From an uncultured Prochlorococcus sp. (GTDB taxonomy: Bacteria; Cyanobacteriota; Cyanobacteriia; PCC-6307; Cyanobiaceae): DNA of 64,000 nt. Within the stretch, counting starts at the first letter, position 1. The number at the start of each line of letters is the position of its first letter. Under the pieces are notes generated by a model. The model had not been told where the DNA came from and made no database searches. It saw only the letters and a list, made by a program, of their open reading frames with translations. Made by a program: the position numbers and the translations under genes. This document shows positions 28,310 through 36,582 of the stretch, piece after piece. Location of the stretch: NCBI GenBank assembly GCA_902587615.1, contig CACILY010000002.1, positions 1,759-65,758 of the forward strand, read 5' to 3'.

Positions 28310-28501
28310 TTATTTCTTTGCCCAGGGATCAATTCTCTTGGAATCATCAGAATAATAGAAAAATTGGATCATTCCGAATACAGCTCCTAAGCCACAAAGA
28401 GCAGCTCCTAGGTTGAAACCTCCTGATGGCTTGATGATGCCAATGTCAGATGGATGCGGTAATTGTGCCGCAAAATCAAGAATGTGAGTCAAATCAATCA
28501 T
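28310..28501 (-). CDS. 63-aa membrane micro-protein (GGFN...QFFYY motif)
   Basis: GGFNLGAALCGLGAVFGMIQFFYYSDDSKRIDP; divergent from first pcb. Confidence 0.8.
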   Translation of the reverse strand: MIDLTHILDFAAQLPHPSDIGIIKPSGGFNLGAALCGLGAVFGMIQFFYYSDDSKRIDPWAKK

Positions 28502-28609
28502 TTAATTTGGATTGCTATAGATAACCCAGGTGGCCACTATGCCAAACCCGTGCAGCATGATTTTACATCAGCTTTAAAAACTAGAACTTCAGCACAAAAA
28601 ATTGAAAAC

Positions 28610-28631
28610 AAATAAAGACCTTTAACTATTC
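28610..28631 (+). promoter_or_regulatory. conserved 22-bp upstream motif of pcb copy 1
   Basis: AAATAAAGACCTTTAACTATTC; 21/22 identical to 30078-30099 at near-equal distance from ATG. Confidence 0.65.
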
Positions 28632-28695
28632 TGATCAATTGAATTGATTCACTAGTAGAGTTTAAGAGGTTTTTCCTCTTTCTCATTTAATCAAT

Positions 28696-29778
28696 ATGCA
28701 GACCTATGGAAATCCAGACGTCACATATGGCTGGTGGGCTGGTAATTCTGGGGTCACCAACCGCTCAGGCAAATTTATTGCAGCTCATGCCGCTCATACA
28801 GGCCTGATTGCTTTCGCGGCTGGTGGAGCAACTCTTTGGGAGCTTGCTCGATTTGACCCTTCTGTGCCAATGGGGCATCAGAGTTCGATATTTCTCGCCC
28901 ATTTGGCGTCTATCGGAATTGGTTTTGACGAGGCTGGTGTTTGGACCGGAGCAGGTGTTGCTTCAATAGCAATTGTTCACCTCGTTGCTTCTATGGTTTA
29001 TGGAGGAGGAGGATTACTTCACTCCCTTCTTTTTCCTGGCGATATGCAGGATTCAAATGTTGCTCAAGCTAGAAAATTCAAGCTTGAATGGAACAATCCT
29101 GACAATCAAACCTTTATACTGGGCCATCATTTAATGCTTTTTGGTCTAGCTTGCGCTTGGTTTGTTGAATGGGCAAGAATTCATGGCATTTATGACCCTG
29201 CAATTGGAGCCGTTCGACAGGTCAATTACAACTTAGATCTTTCGATGATATGGCAACGTCAATTTGATTTTCTAAGCATCGATAGTCTTGAGGATGTCAT
29301 GGGTGGCCATGCATTCCTAGCTTTTGTGGAGATCACTGGTGGCGCTTTCCACGCAGTAGCTGGTTCTACTTCCTGGGAAGATAAGAGGCTTGGTGAGTGG
29401 AGTAAATTTAAGGGTTCAGAATTGCTTTCCGCAGAAGCTATTCTTTCCTTCTCCTTGGCCGGTATTGGATGGATGGCAATTGTTGCAGCATTTTGGTGTG
29501 CGACAAATACCACTGTTTATCCAGAGGCTTTTTATGGAGAACCTTTAGAACTCAAATTTGTAGTTTCTCCATTTTGGGTTGATACCGTAGATCTTTCTGG
29601 ATCCGGTGCTGCTTTCTGGGGACATACAACTCGTGCAGCTCTCTCAAATGTCCATTACTACTTAGGATTCTTCTTTATCCAAGGACACCTTTGGCATGCT
29701 CTCAGAGCTTTGGGCTTTGATTTCAGTAAAGTTCGCGGGGCAATTGGAAATGATTCAGAGGCCAGAGTTTCTGCCTAA
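28696..29778 (+). CDS. pcb: divinyl chlorophyll a/b-binding light-harvesting protein Pcb (copy 1)
   Basis: MQTYGNPDVTYGWWAGN, AHAAHTGL, ILGHHL, SLEDVMGGH, QGHLWHA; CP43/IsiA/Pcb family lacking the large CP43 loop. Confidence 0.97.
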   Translation: MQTYGNPDVTYGWWAGNSGVTNRSGKFIAAHAAHTGLIAFAAGGATLWELARFDPSVPMGHQSSIFLAHLASIGIGFDEAGVWTGAGVASIAIVHLVASMVYGGGGLLHSLLFPGDMQDSNVAQARKFKLEWNNPDNQTFILGHHLMLFGLACAWFVEWARIHGIYDPAIGAVRQVNYNLDLSMIWQRQFDFLSIDSLEDVMGGHAFLAFVEITGGAFHAVAGSTSWEDKRLGEWSKFKGSELLSAEAILSFSLAGIGWMAIVAAFWCATNTTVYPEAFYGEPLELKFVVSPFWVDTVDLSGSGAAFWGHTTRAALSNVHYYLGFFFIQGHLWHALRALGFDFSKVRGAIGNDSEARVSA

Positions 29779-29817
29779 TTCTTGAATTCCTTTTTCCAGA
29801 ATAAATCCGCTTTTGCT

Positions 29818-29847
29818 AAAAGCCTCGCTATTTTGCGAGGCTTTTTT
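29818..29847 (+). terminator. intrinsic terminator of pcb copy 1
   Basis: AAAAGCCTCGC-TATTTT-GCGAGGCTTTTTT. Confidence 0.9.
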
Positions 29848-30077
29848 GTTGAAAATTTCAAATTTAATAAAATTCTTAATCTATTTATTCTCAAACCCTT
29901 CTAAACGAATTTTGGGAACTAATCAAAGAATTTTTTTGGACTCATTGGTAATTGAAAAACCTTATATAGCAATCGATCTCTAGGATATCCTTCAAGTTTT
30001 AATCGCATTTTAAAAAAAATATTGCCCCTATTTACTATCCATATAATTCCTTTTTTAGAAGAATTTTATCTCAAACT

Positions 30078-30099
30078 AAATAAAGACCTCTAACTATTC
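30078..30099 (+). promoter_or_regulatory. conserved 22-bp upstream motif of pcb copy 2
   Basis: AAATAAAGACCTCTAACTATTC. Confidence 0.65.
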
Positions 30100-30161
30100 C
30101 AACCATATCAATTGAGACGCTTGTAATCTGCGAGAGGTATTGTCTCCCGTTCTCTTAAATT

Positions 30162-31232
30162 ATGCAGACCTATGGGAATCCAGACGTCACCTATGGGTGG
30201 TGGGCTGGTAATGCTGGGGTCACCAATCGCTCAGGAAAATTTATTGCTGCTCACGCTGCGCATACAGGCCTAATTGCTTTTGCCGCAGGTGCAGCGACAC
30301 TTTGGGAGCTTGCACGCTTTGATCCTTCTATGCCAATGGGGCATCAGAGTTCAATCTTCCTTGCTCATTTGGCATCAATCGGAATTGGATTTGATGATGC
30401 CGGAGTTTGGACAGGAGCAGGTGTTGTCTCAATTGCCGTGGTTCATCTTGTTGCTTCCATGGTTTATGGAGCAGGTGGTCTTTTGCACTCCGTCAAATTT
30501 GATGGAGACATGCAAGACAGCGAGGTTAAACAAGCAAGAAAGTTCAAATTGGAATGGGATAACCCTGACAACTTGACATTTATTCTTGGCCATCATTTGA
30601 TCCTTTTTGGTATTGCCAATATCTGGTTTGTTGAATGGGCCAGATGGCATGGAATTTATGACCCTTCTGTTGATGCCATTCGCCAAGTTGATTACAACTT
30701 GAATTTAGCGGCAATATGGAATCATCAATTTGATTTCATTTCTATCAATAGTCTTGAAGATGTCATGGGTGGCCATGCATTCTTGGCTTTTGCTCAGATT
30801 GCAGGAGGTGCCCATCACATTGCAACTAAAATGGGCTCTGGTTTACTTGGTCAATACACTGAGTTCAAAGGTAAGAACCTTCTATCTGCTGAAGCTATTT
30901 TATCCTTCTCTCTTGCAGGAATAGGCTGGATGGCAATAGTTGCCGCCTTCTGGTGTGCCTCTAATACCACTGTTTATCCAGAATCTTGGTATGGAGAAGT
31001 TTTGAGCTTTAAGTTTGGAATTGCACCTTACTGGGTTGATACTGTTGAAGGGGGTACTTCCTTTTGGGGGCATACAACTCGAGCAGCCCTAACTAATGTT
31101 CATTATTATTTTGGGTTCTTCTTTATACAAGGTCATCTTTGGCATGCCGTAAGATCAATGGGATTTGACTTTAAGCGAGTTAGAGATGCTATTAACAACA
31201 TCGGTCAATCAACTGTTTCCCTTAATGGTTGA
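30162..31232 (+). CDS. pcb: Pcb light-harvesting protein (copy 2)
   Basis: Same Pcb signatures, 356 aa. Confidence 0.97.
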   Translation: MQTYGNPDVTYGWWAGNAGVTNRSGKFIAAHAAHTGLIAFAAGAATLWELARFDPSMPMGHQSSIFLAHLASIGIGFDDAGVWTGAGVVSIAVVHLVASMVYGAGGLLHSVKFDGDMQDSEVKQARKFKLEWDNPDNLTFILGHHLILFGIANIWFVEWARWHGIYDPSVDAIRQVDYNLNLAAIWNHQFDFISINSLEDVMGGHAFLAFAQIAGGAHHIATKMGSGLLGQYTEFKGKNLLSAEAILSFSLAGIGWMAIVAAFWCASNTTVYPESWYGEVLSFKFGIAPYWVDTVEGGTSFWGHTTRAALTNVHYYFGFFFIQGHLWHAVRSMGFDFKRVRDAINNIGQSTVSLNG

Positions 31233-31284
31233 TAGTTTCTAAACCTTCTTCAAGGTTTTTAAAGATCGCGTTAATAAGAAATTT

Positions 31285-31313
31285 AAGCCTCGTTACAATG
31301 ACGAGGCTTTTTT
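31285..31313 (+). terminator. intrinsic terminator of pcb copy 2
   Basis: AAGCCTCGTT-ACAAT-GACGAGGCTTTTTT. Confidence 0.9.
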
Positions 31314-31542
31314 ATTAATTAATTATTCCTTTGATTTAATAAACTCAATTAGTAAAAAACTAGTGAGAGACTAGTAAAAACGCCCTAAATATTTATTGAG
31401 TTATAGCTCCATATCTTGATCTTTGATGCCCTTAGTCAAAACCCTTATGCCGCAGTCAATTACGGTTGCTGAACAGCTTGTCCTTAGATAACCAAATTGA
31501 GTGTAGTGTGCATGGTGTATTGCTGTCTTGCACTCTTAAATT

Positions 31543-32601
31543 ATGCAGACCTATGGAAATCCAGATGTCACCTACGGTTGGTGGGCTGGTAATTCTCGGG
31601 TCACCAACCGCTCAGGCAAATTCATTGCGGCGCACGTCGCTCATACTGGCCTGATTGCTTTCGCGGCAGGTGCTAGCACCCTTTGGGAGCTTGCTCGCTT
31701 TGACCCTTCTGTGCCAATGGGGCATCAGAGTTCTATCTTCCTTGCTCATTTAGCCTCTATTGGAGTTGGCTTTGATGATCTTGGTGCTTGGACTGGAGAA
31801 AACGTTGCCTCAATAGCCATAGTTCATTTAGTGGCTTCATTGGTATATGCGGGTGGTGCCTTAGCTCATTCCTTGCTATTCGATGCTGATCTTGAGGATG
31901 GCCCTATCCCTACAACTAAAAAATTCCAGATTGATTGGGAAAGCCCTGACAAGCTAACTTTTATTCTTGGACATCATTTAATCTTCTTAGGCGTTGCCTG
32001 TATTTGGTTCGTCGAATGGGCAAGATGGCATGGTATTTATGACCCTGCGATTGGTGAAGTACGTCAAGTTTTCCCTGGTTATGGTGATTTCGGACGTATA
32101 TGGGGCCACCAGTATGATTTCCTCAAGATTGATAGTCTTGAAGAAGTCATGGAAGGCCACGCCTTTTTGGCTTTCTTAGAAATCAGCGGAGGAGCTTGGC
32201 ATATAGCTACTCGTCAAGTTGGTGACTATGACAAATTCAAAGGAGCTGGTTTGCTTGGCTCAGAAGCTGTACTTTCTTGGTCTCTAGCAGGTATTGGCTG
32301 GATGGCAATTGTTGCAGCTTTCTGGTGTGCATCTAATACCACTGTTTATCCAGAGGCTTTTTATGGAGAACCTTTGGCCTTTAAATTTGGAATCTCACCT
32401 TATTGGATTGATACAGGAGATCTCTCTGATGGTAATGCATTTTGGGGGCACACTACTCGTGCTGCTATAAGCAATGTGCATTACTACTTTGGATTTTTCT
32501 TTATCCAAGGTCACCTATGGCATGCATTACGTGCAATGGGCTTTGACTTTAGAAGAGTTGCCAATGCAGTAGGTAATGTTACTGGAACTTCAGCGGCTTA
32601 A
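31543..32601 (+). CDS. pcb: Pcb light-harvesting protein (copy 3)
   Basis: Same Pcb signatures, 352 aa. Confidence 0.97.
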   Translation: MQTYGNPDVTYGWWAGNSRVTNRSGKFIAAHVAHTGLIAFAAGASTLWELARFDPSVPMGHQSSIFLAHLASIGVGFDDLGAWTGENVASIAIVHLVASLVYAGGALAHSLLFDADLEDGPIPTTKKFQIDWESPDKLTFILGHHLIFLGVACIWFVEWARWHGIYDPAIGEVRQVFPGYGDFGRIWGHQYDFLKIDSLEEVMEGHAFLAFLEISGGAWHIATRQVGDYDKFKGAGLLGSEAVLSWSLAGIGWMAIVAAFWCASNTTVYPEAFYGEPLAFKFGISPYWIDTGDLSDGNAFWGHTTRAAISNVHYYFGFFFIQGHLWHALRAMGFDFRRVANAVGNVTGTSAA

Positions 32602-32651
32602 CTTAATATAAAGTCTCAACATTATCTTATAATCATTTCCTGGAAATGATT

Positions 32652-32681
32652 AAAAAACCTCGTTAACAGCGAGGTTTTTTT
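32652..32681 (+). terminator. intrinsic terminator of pcb copy 3
   Basis: AAAAAACCTCGTT-AAC-AGCGAGGTTTTTTT. Confidence 0.9.
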
Positions 32682-33038
32682 ATTCATTTTATTAACTATC
32701 TGAAAGACTTAGATTGTACATTTTAATTAAATGAAAAAGTCTCTGATTCGATAATCTATTTGGTTTAATTTCGCTTGATGAACGAATATCAGTACCATTC
32801 GATGGAATTCAAACGGTTAATTAGGAGAAAAATTAAAACTAATTCACTATGATTTTTGAAATTCTTGCTTTCTATTAAGCTTTTAATTCATTGAAGTGAA
32901 AAAGAAATCAAAGAAAAAATAATTTGCATAAAGAAAAGAGGTAAGTGAATTTGTCTAAGAAAGTAACATTGGATAAAATTCAAAACTTTTTTCTAGAAAA
33001 AATTGCTAGAAAATAACTAAGCTCTGCTTCTCAAAAAG

Positions 33039-33239
33039 ATGTCTAACTCACTTCTTGGCGAAAACGACCTTAAAAACATACTCTTTGATGTCTTAGATGG
33101 AGTCCCAGCCTCAACCAATGAAAGTAAAGAGGCAGGAGAATTTCGTAAGGAGATAGAGATGGATAATCGAAAAATGGAATTAAGAGCTGAAGAGCTAGGT
33201 ATGAAGAATGTTTTATTTGAGTTCTCTAGTGATATTTAA
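33039..33239 (+). CDS. small hypothetical protein
   Basis: 66-aa acidic ORF with ATG start. Confidence 0.65.
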   Translation: MSNSLLGENDLKNILFDVLDGVPASTNESKEAGEFRKEIEMDNRKMELRAEELGMKNVLFEFSSDI

Positions 33240-33352
33240 ATCAATATCCTTTTGCTTTTTTGTGATCTATTGGCTAAATCCCAAAAATAGAGCAAAGTAA
33301 AAGGACATAGGATTATTCCCAAAATAGGAACGAGAATGTATGCCAGGTTCAT
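33236..33352 (-). CDS. putative 38-aa single-TM peptide
   Basis: Hand translation MNLAYILVPILGIILCPFTLLYFWDLANRSQKSKRILI. Confidence 0.4.
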   Translation of the reverse strand: MNLAYILVPILGIILCPFTLLYFWDLANRSQKSKRILI

Positions 33353-33468
33353 TTCAATATCACTACTTTTATTTATAGCTAGATTAATTAATCTTGAAAA
33401 CTATTCTTCATTAAAGGGTTTGCAATGTGTTATGTGTTTATTATCAGGTTCTATTATCAGGTTAACCC

Positions 33469-33711
33469 ATGATTGAAAATGGAACTAATTCTGACCTTTT
33501 AGATCAAGGCAAGATTCAATTACAATCAGATCAAATAGAACCTGGAATTAGATCAAAATTAAAACCTAAAAAGCTTAATTATAATATTAAGAAACCAAAG
33601 AAATTAGTAAATAATTTAATGAGATTTCTTTTAGATACACTAGATAGTGACTATAGAAAAAGACATGTTAAGAGATTAATTTATGGAGAGGATCTAAGGA
33701 TTAAAAAATAA
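33469..33711 (+). CDS. small basic hypothetical protein
   Basis: 80-aa ORF. Confidence 0.6.
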   Translation: MIENGTNSDLLDQGKIQLQSDQIEPGIRSKLKPKKLNYNIKKPKKLVNNLMRFLLDTLDSDYRKRHVKRLIYGEDLRIKK

Positions 33712-33732
33712 GGCGTAATTTATTTATAATTT

Positions 33733-34146
33733 TCAGAGATCATTATCTTTATTAGATTCTTTAGTTACAGAAGGAGAAGGTGAGACTGGCGCTTTATTCT
33801 CTGAGGGAGAAGAATCTTGACTTGAAGGAGAAGGTGAGACTGGCGCTTTATTCTCTGGGGGAGAAGAATCTTGACTTGAAGGTGAAGCTGGCTCTTCTGC
33901 TTCGTTTGACAGAGCATCAGGGATTGATTGCTCCTTTGAAGTAGAACTTTCTAATTCTTCTTCTACTATTAAGCCCTTAATTAAGATAAATAGTTTTTTA
34001 AGGGTATTTGCAAGAACTTTTGTATTGCTCCATAGTTCTTGGAGTAATGATTTTATCTCCGTTGCTTTTTCCCCTTTATTGATAAAAAGTATTGCGGCAC
34101 CAATTCCCAGAGAAATAATTAGAAAGAGAAATAAGTTGACCATCAA
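33733..34146 (-). CDS. membrane-anchored protein with Ser/Pro-rich repeat tail
   Basis: N-terminal TM, amphipathic helix, SPSSQDSSP(P/S)ENKAPVSP x2. Confidence 0.75.
   Translation of the reverse strand: MMVNLFLFLIISLGIGAAILFINKGEKATEIKSLLQELWSNTKVLANTLKKLFILIKGLIVEEELESSTSKEQSIPDALSNEAEEPASPSSQDSSPPENKAPVSPSPSSQDSSPSENKAPVSPSPSVTKESNKDNDL
33770..33882. repeat. 54-bp in-frame tandem repeat (2 copies plus partial)
   Basis: GAAGGAGAAGGTGAGACTGGCGCTTTATTCTCTG(A/G)GGGAGAAGAATCTTGACTT repeated with one mismatch. Confidence 0.93.
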
Positions 34147-34261
34147 TTTAATTTGTACACACTATTAAAGATCCCACTTAAATCAAGTGGGTCAAGTGTT
34201 AAGCAACACTACTATTAATTCAAGTTGCAAATTACTTAAGTTATTTTTGTATTCCTAGTTG

Positions 34262-34600
34262 TTATCCAAATGTTTTTCCATTGAATCCCCATCTCGATGG
34301 CTCAACATCTTCAAATGATATGTATATTCTGTTTATAGGTATTTTCATCATATCTGAAATGATCTTTGAGAAGACTTCTGCCATTTCATTAGGCTTTAGA
34401 GAACCTATAGATTTTATTTCCAAATAGCAGCATGGATCATTATTCCCTCCGAATGTCATAGGCAAATCATTCTGCATGAGAGTCATTACATATTGCTCTG
34501 GTTTTCCTGTTGACTTGGCTAGTTCTTCAGAAAGTGCTTTTAGAATTTCTTTTGAATTTTTGACATCAGTTAAGGATGTCCTAACAGATATTAGAGGCAT
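34262..34600 (-). CDS. MIF / phenylpyruvate tautomerase family protein
   Basis: Catalytic Pro after Met (MPLI), TGKPEQYVM, MTFGG, KSIG, RIYISF, WGFNG.TF. Confidence 0.92.
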   Translation of the reverse strand: MPLISVRTSLTDVKNSKEILKALSEELAKSTGKPEQYVMTLMQNDLPMTFGGNNDPCCYLEIKSIGSLKPNEMAEVFSKIISDMMKIPINRIYISFEDVEPSRWGFNGKTFG

Positions 34601-34765
34601 GAATAGGATCTTTTACTTAGGATTTTAATTTTAAACTGATTTGGATTGCTAATTAGAATATAAAAAAAATCTAAAAACTTAAAATTCTCATCTCTTTGCT
34701 TTATAGATGAACCACAATGAATAATTTTATTAGTTATATTCACTTGTGATTAAATAAATGATTTA

Positions 34766-34945
34766 ATGAAAGAGGAGTATCAGCAGTTCGTCTCTAATCA
34801 AGTTGAGAAAATAGAGCCTAATAGTCAACAAGTGATGATGATGGGAGGTGCTTTGGTTGGATTTAATGTTTTGTTAATGGTTTTTGTAAGCCTATATTGG
34901 ATTAATCCAGCAATTCATCAATACATTTCAGGAAGTCCTCTTTGA
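34766..34945 (+). CDS. 59-aa single-TM hypothetical protein, absent from ORF track
   Basis: Hand translation MKEEYQQF...MMMGGALVGFNVLLMVFVSLYWINPAIHQYISGSPL. Confidence 0.7.
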   Translation: MKEEYQQFVSNQVEKIEPNSQQVMMMGGALVGFNVLLMVFVSLYWINPAIHQYISGSPL

Positions 34946-35065
34946 AATGATTCCTGTCTGTAAAATTTATAAGCATTGAAAAAGGTAACTGCTTCTTTAT
35001 ATCTATAGTAAGTCCTTTTCTTAAGGAAGATAATTAAGGAACGCGCTCTTTTATCTATCTCATTA

Positions 35066-35620
35066 TTGATGATGTTAAATCTTCTTGGAAGAACTCTTCT
35101 GGCATTTGCTCTGATTCTGACCTTCTCCTTTTCTAACTGTTCTACTGTGATAGCAGGTTTGCAGGAAGGGGAAGAAGTTCCTAACTATGTTCGCTCAGAT
35201 ATAACTGGGTTTGATTTTCATGGACAAGATTTGTCCAAATCCTCAATTGCAGGAGCTGTAGCAAGGGACGCTAATTTTAGCGATGTTGATCTTCATGGAA
35301 CAGTTCTTACTCTTTCTGATCTTAAAGGTTCAAATTTAAACGGAGTTAATCTTTCCGATACACTTTCCGATAGAGTTAATTTTCAAAAGACAGATCTTCG
35401 AAATGCCCTCCTCATAAATATGATTGCATCTGGAAGCAGTTTTGCCGGTGCCAAAATTGAAGGCGCAGATTTTACATATGCAGTTCTAGATAGTGATGAT
35501 CAGAAGAATCTTTGTTCTATTGCTGAAGGGACTAATCCTATAACAGGCGTATCTACAAGAGAAAGTCTTGAGTGTGTTGAGGGTGGGTCGGGATATAAAC
35601 CTGCAATGCCTGGTAGTTGA
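35066..35620 (+). CDS. secreted/lumenal pentapeptide repeat protein
   Basis: Signal peptide, A(D/N)(L/F)xx repeats, C-terminal LC..AEG.NP.TGVSTRESL.C. Confidence 0.92.
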   Translation: MMMLNLLGRTLLAFALILTFSFSNCSTVIAGLQEGEEVPNYVRSDITGFDFHGQDLSKSSIAGAVARDANFSDVDLHGTVLTLSDLKGSNLNGVNLSDTLSDRVNFQKTDLRNALLINMIASGSSFAGAKIEGADFTYAVLDSDDQKNLCSIAEGTNPITGVSTRESLECVEGGSGYKPAMPGS

Positions 35621-35745
35621 AAATAAAAGTTGATAAATCTCTAATTCTGCATCCGATTATTTTATTTATAAAAAATTCATTTTTCAAATAATTGCATCTT
35701 TAGCAATTTATTGGTTTCTTTAAGTAAATACAGCTTAATTAAAAA

Positions 35746-35991
35746 TTGAACAAATTCTGGCCTCGAAGACCAACCCCAAAGGGTTTTTCTATCGAAAAGC
35801 TTGCAAAAGGTTATAGGGAGAAAATTTCTCTGCAATCTTATGAAAAGAATGAATCTACCTTTGAGGAAGAGGTCTCAATCGAGAGACAAACACCAACTTT
35901 GGTTGAAGAAACCGGACTGGCTAAATCACACCTCATTGATTTAAATCATTGGGCAAACAGAGATTTTGGAGAGTATAAAAATGTAGCTTAA
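35746..35991 (+). CDS. hypothetical protein
   Basis: 81-aa ORF with TTG start. Confidence 0.55.
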   Translation: MNKFWPRRPTPKGFSIEKLAKGYREKISLQSYEKNESTFEEEVSIERQTPTLVEETGLAKSHLIDLNHWANRDFGEYKNVA

Positions 35992-36134
35992 TAGATAATC
36001 GTATGTTTTGTGAATTAGACAACATCTATTAGGTTTTAATAATAAGAAAAATAAATAATGTTAATATGAAAAATTACTTTATTTATTGAGATACTTATTA
36101 AAGTATTTTTGTTATTATGCTGATAACATTTTAT

Positions 36135-36503
36135 TTACAAATATTTCTTTTTGCCTTCAGGTGTAAGTTTATAAACTCCTCCTTTTGGCCCTAAGTATAA
36201 CATTTCCCCATTTATCTTTGAACGGCCATGCTTACTTAGGCGAGCTCGATGAATATCAGCTTTTTCTCTAAGCTCGTCTTCGTTATACCAAGTACCAATA
36301 GTGATATTAATTTCAGGATCAGTCATAAGAGAATATGAAAACTCTTCTGTTATCCTCTCTCTACGCCTATCTTTATTTTTAAACCTGGACTTAAATCTGC
36401 TTATAAGAGATCTTTCTCTAGGACGATTTCTCTTTGAACTTAATATAATAAATGCAAGGATTAATGAAGTAAAAAAGAAACCAACTCCAATGATCAACTT
36501 CAT
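36135..36503 (-). CDS. membrane-anchored basic protein with C-terminal GPKGGVY motif
   Basis: N-terminal TM; tail YLGPKGGVYKLTPEGKKKYL. Confidence 0.75.
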   Translation of the reverse strand: MKLIIGVGFFFTSLILAFIILSSKRNRPRERSLISRFKSRFKNKDRRRERITEEFSYSLMTDPEINITIGTWYNEDELREKADIHRARLSKHGRSKINGEMLYLGPKGGVYKLTPEGKKKYL

Positions 36504-36582
36504 TGAGACTTATTTTAGGACCTTTTGTTTATTAAAGCATTATAATTTTACTGTGACCAGTTATATTTATGATTAGATAGAG

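Noticed and set aside
29259-32179. Alternative-frame and antisense ORFs within the pcb genes (29259, 30274, 30429, 30730, 31466, 31994)
   Set aside because: By-products of pcb codon structure; no independent coding signal
28696-32601. Calling the genes isiA/psbC or assigning pcb letters (e.g. pcbB, D, H)
   Set aside because: Too short for CP43; MQTYGNP start and triplication fit Pcb; letter assignment needs a phylogeny that cannot be run here
33770-33882. Possible CRISPR-like repeat
   Set aside because: Direct tandem copies without spacers, in frame within a CDS, no cas genes
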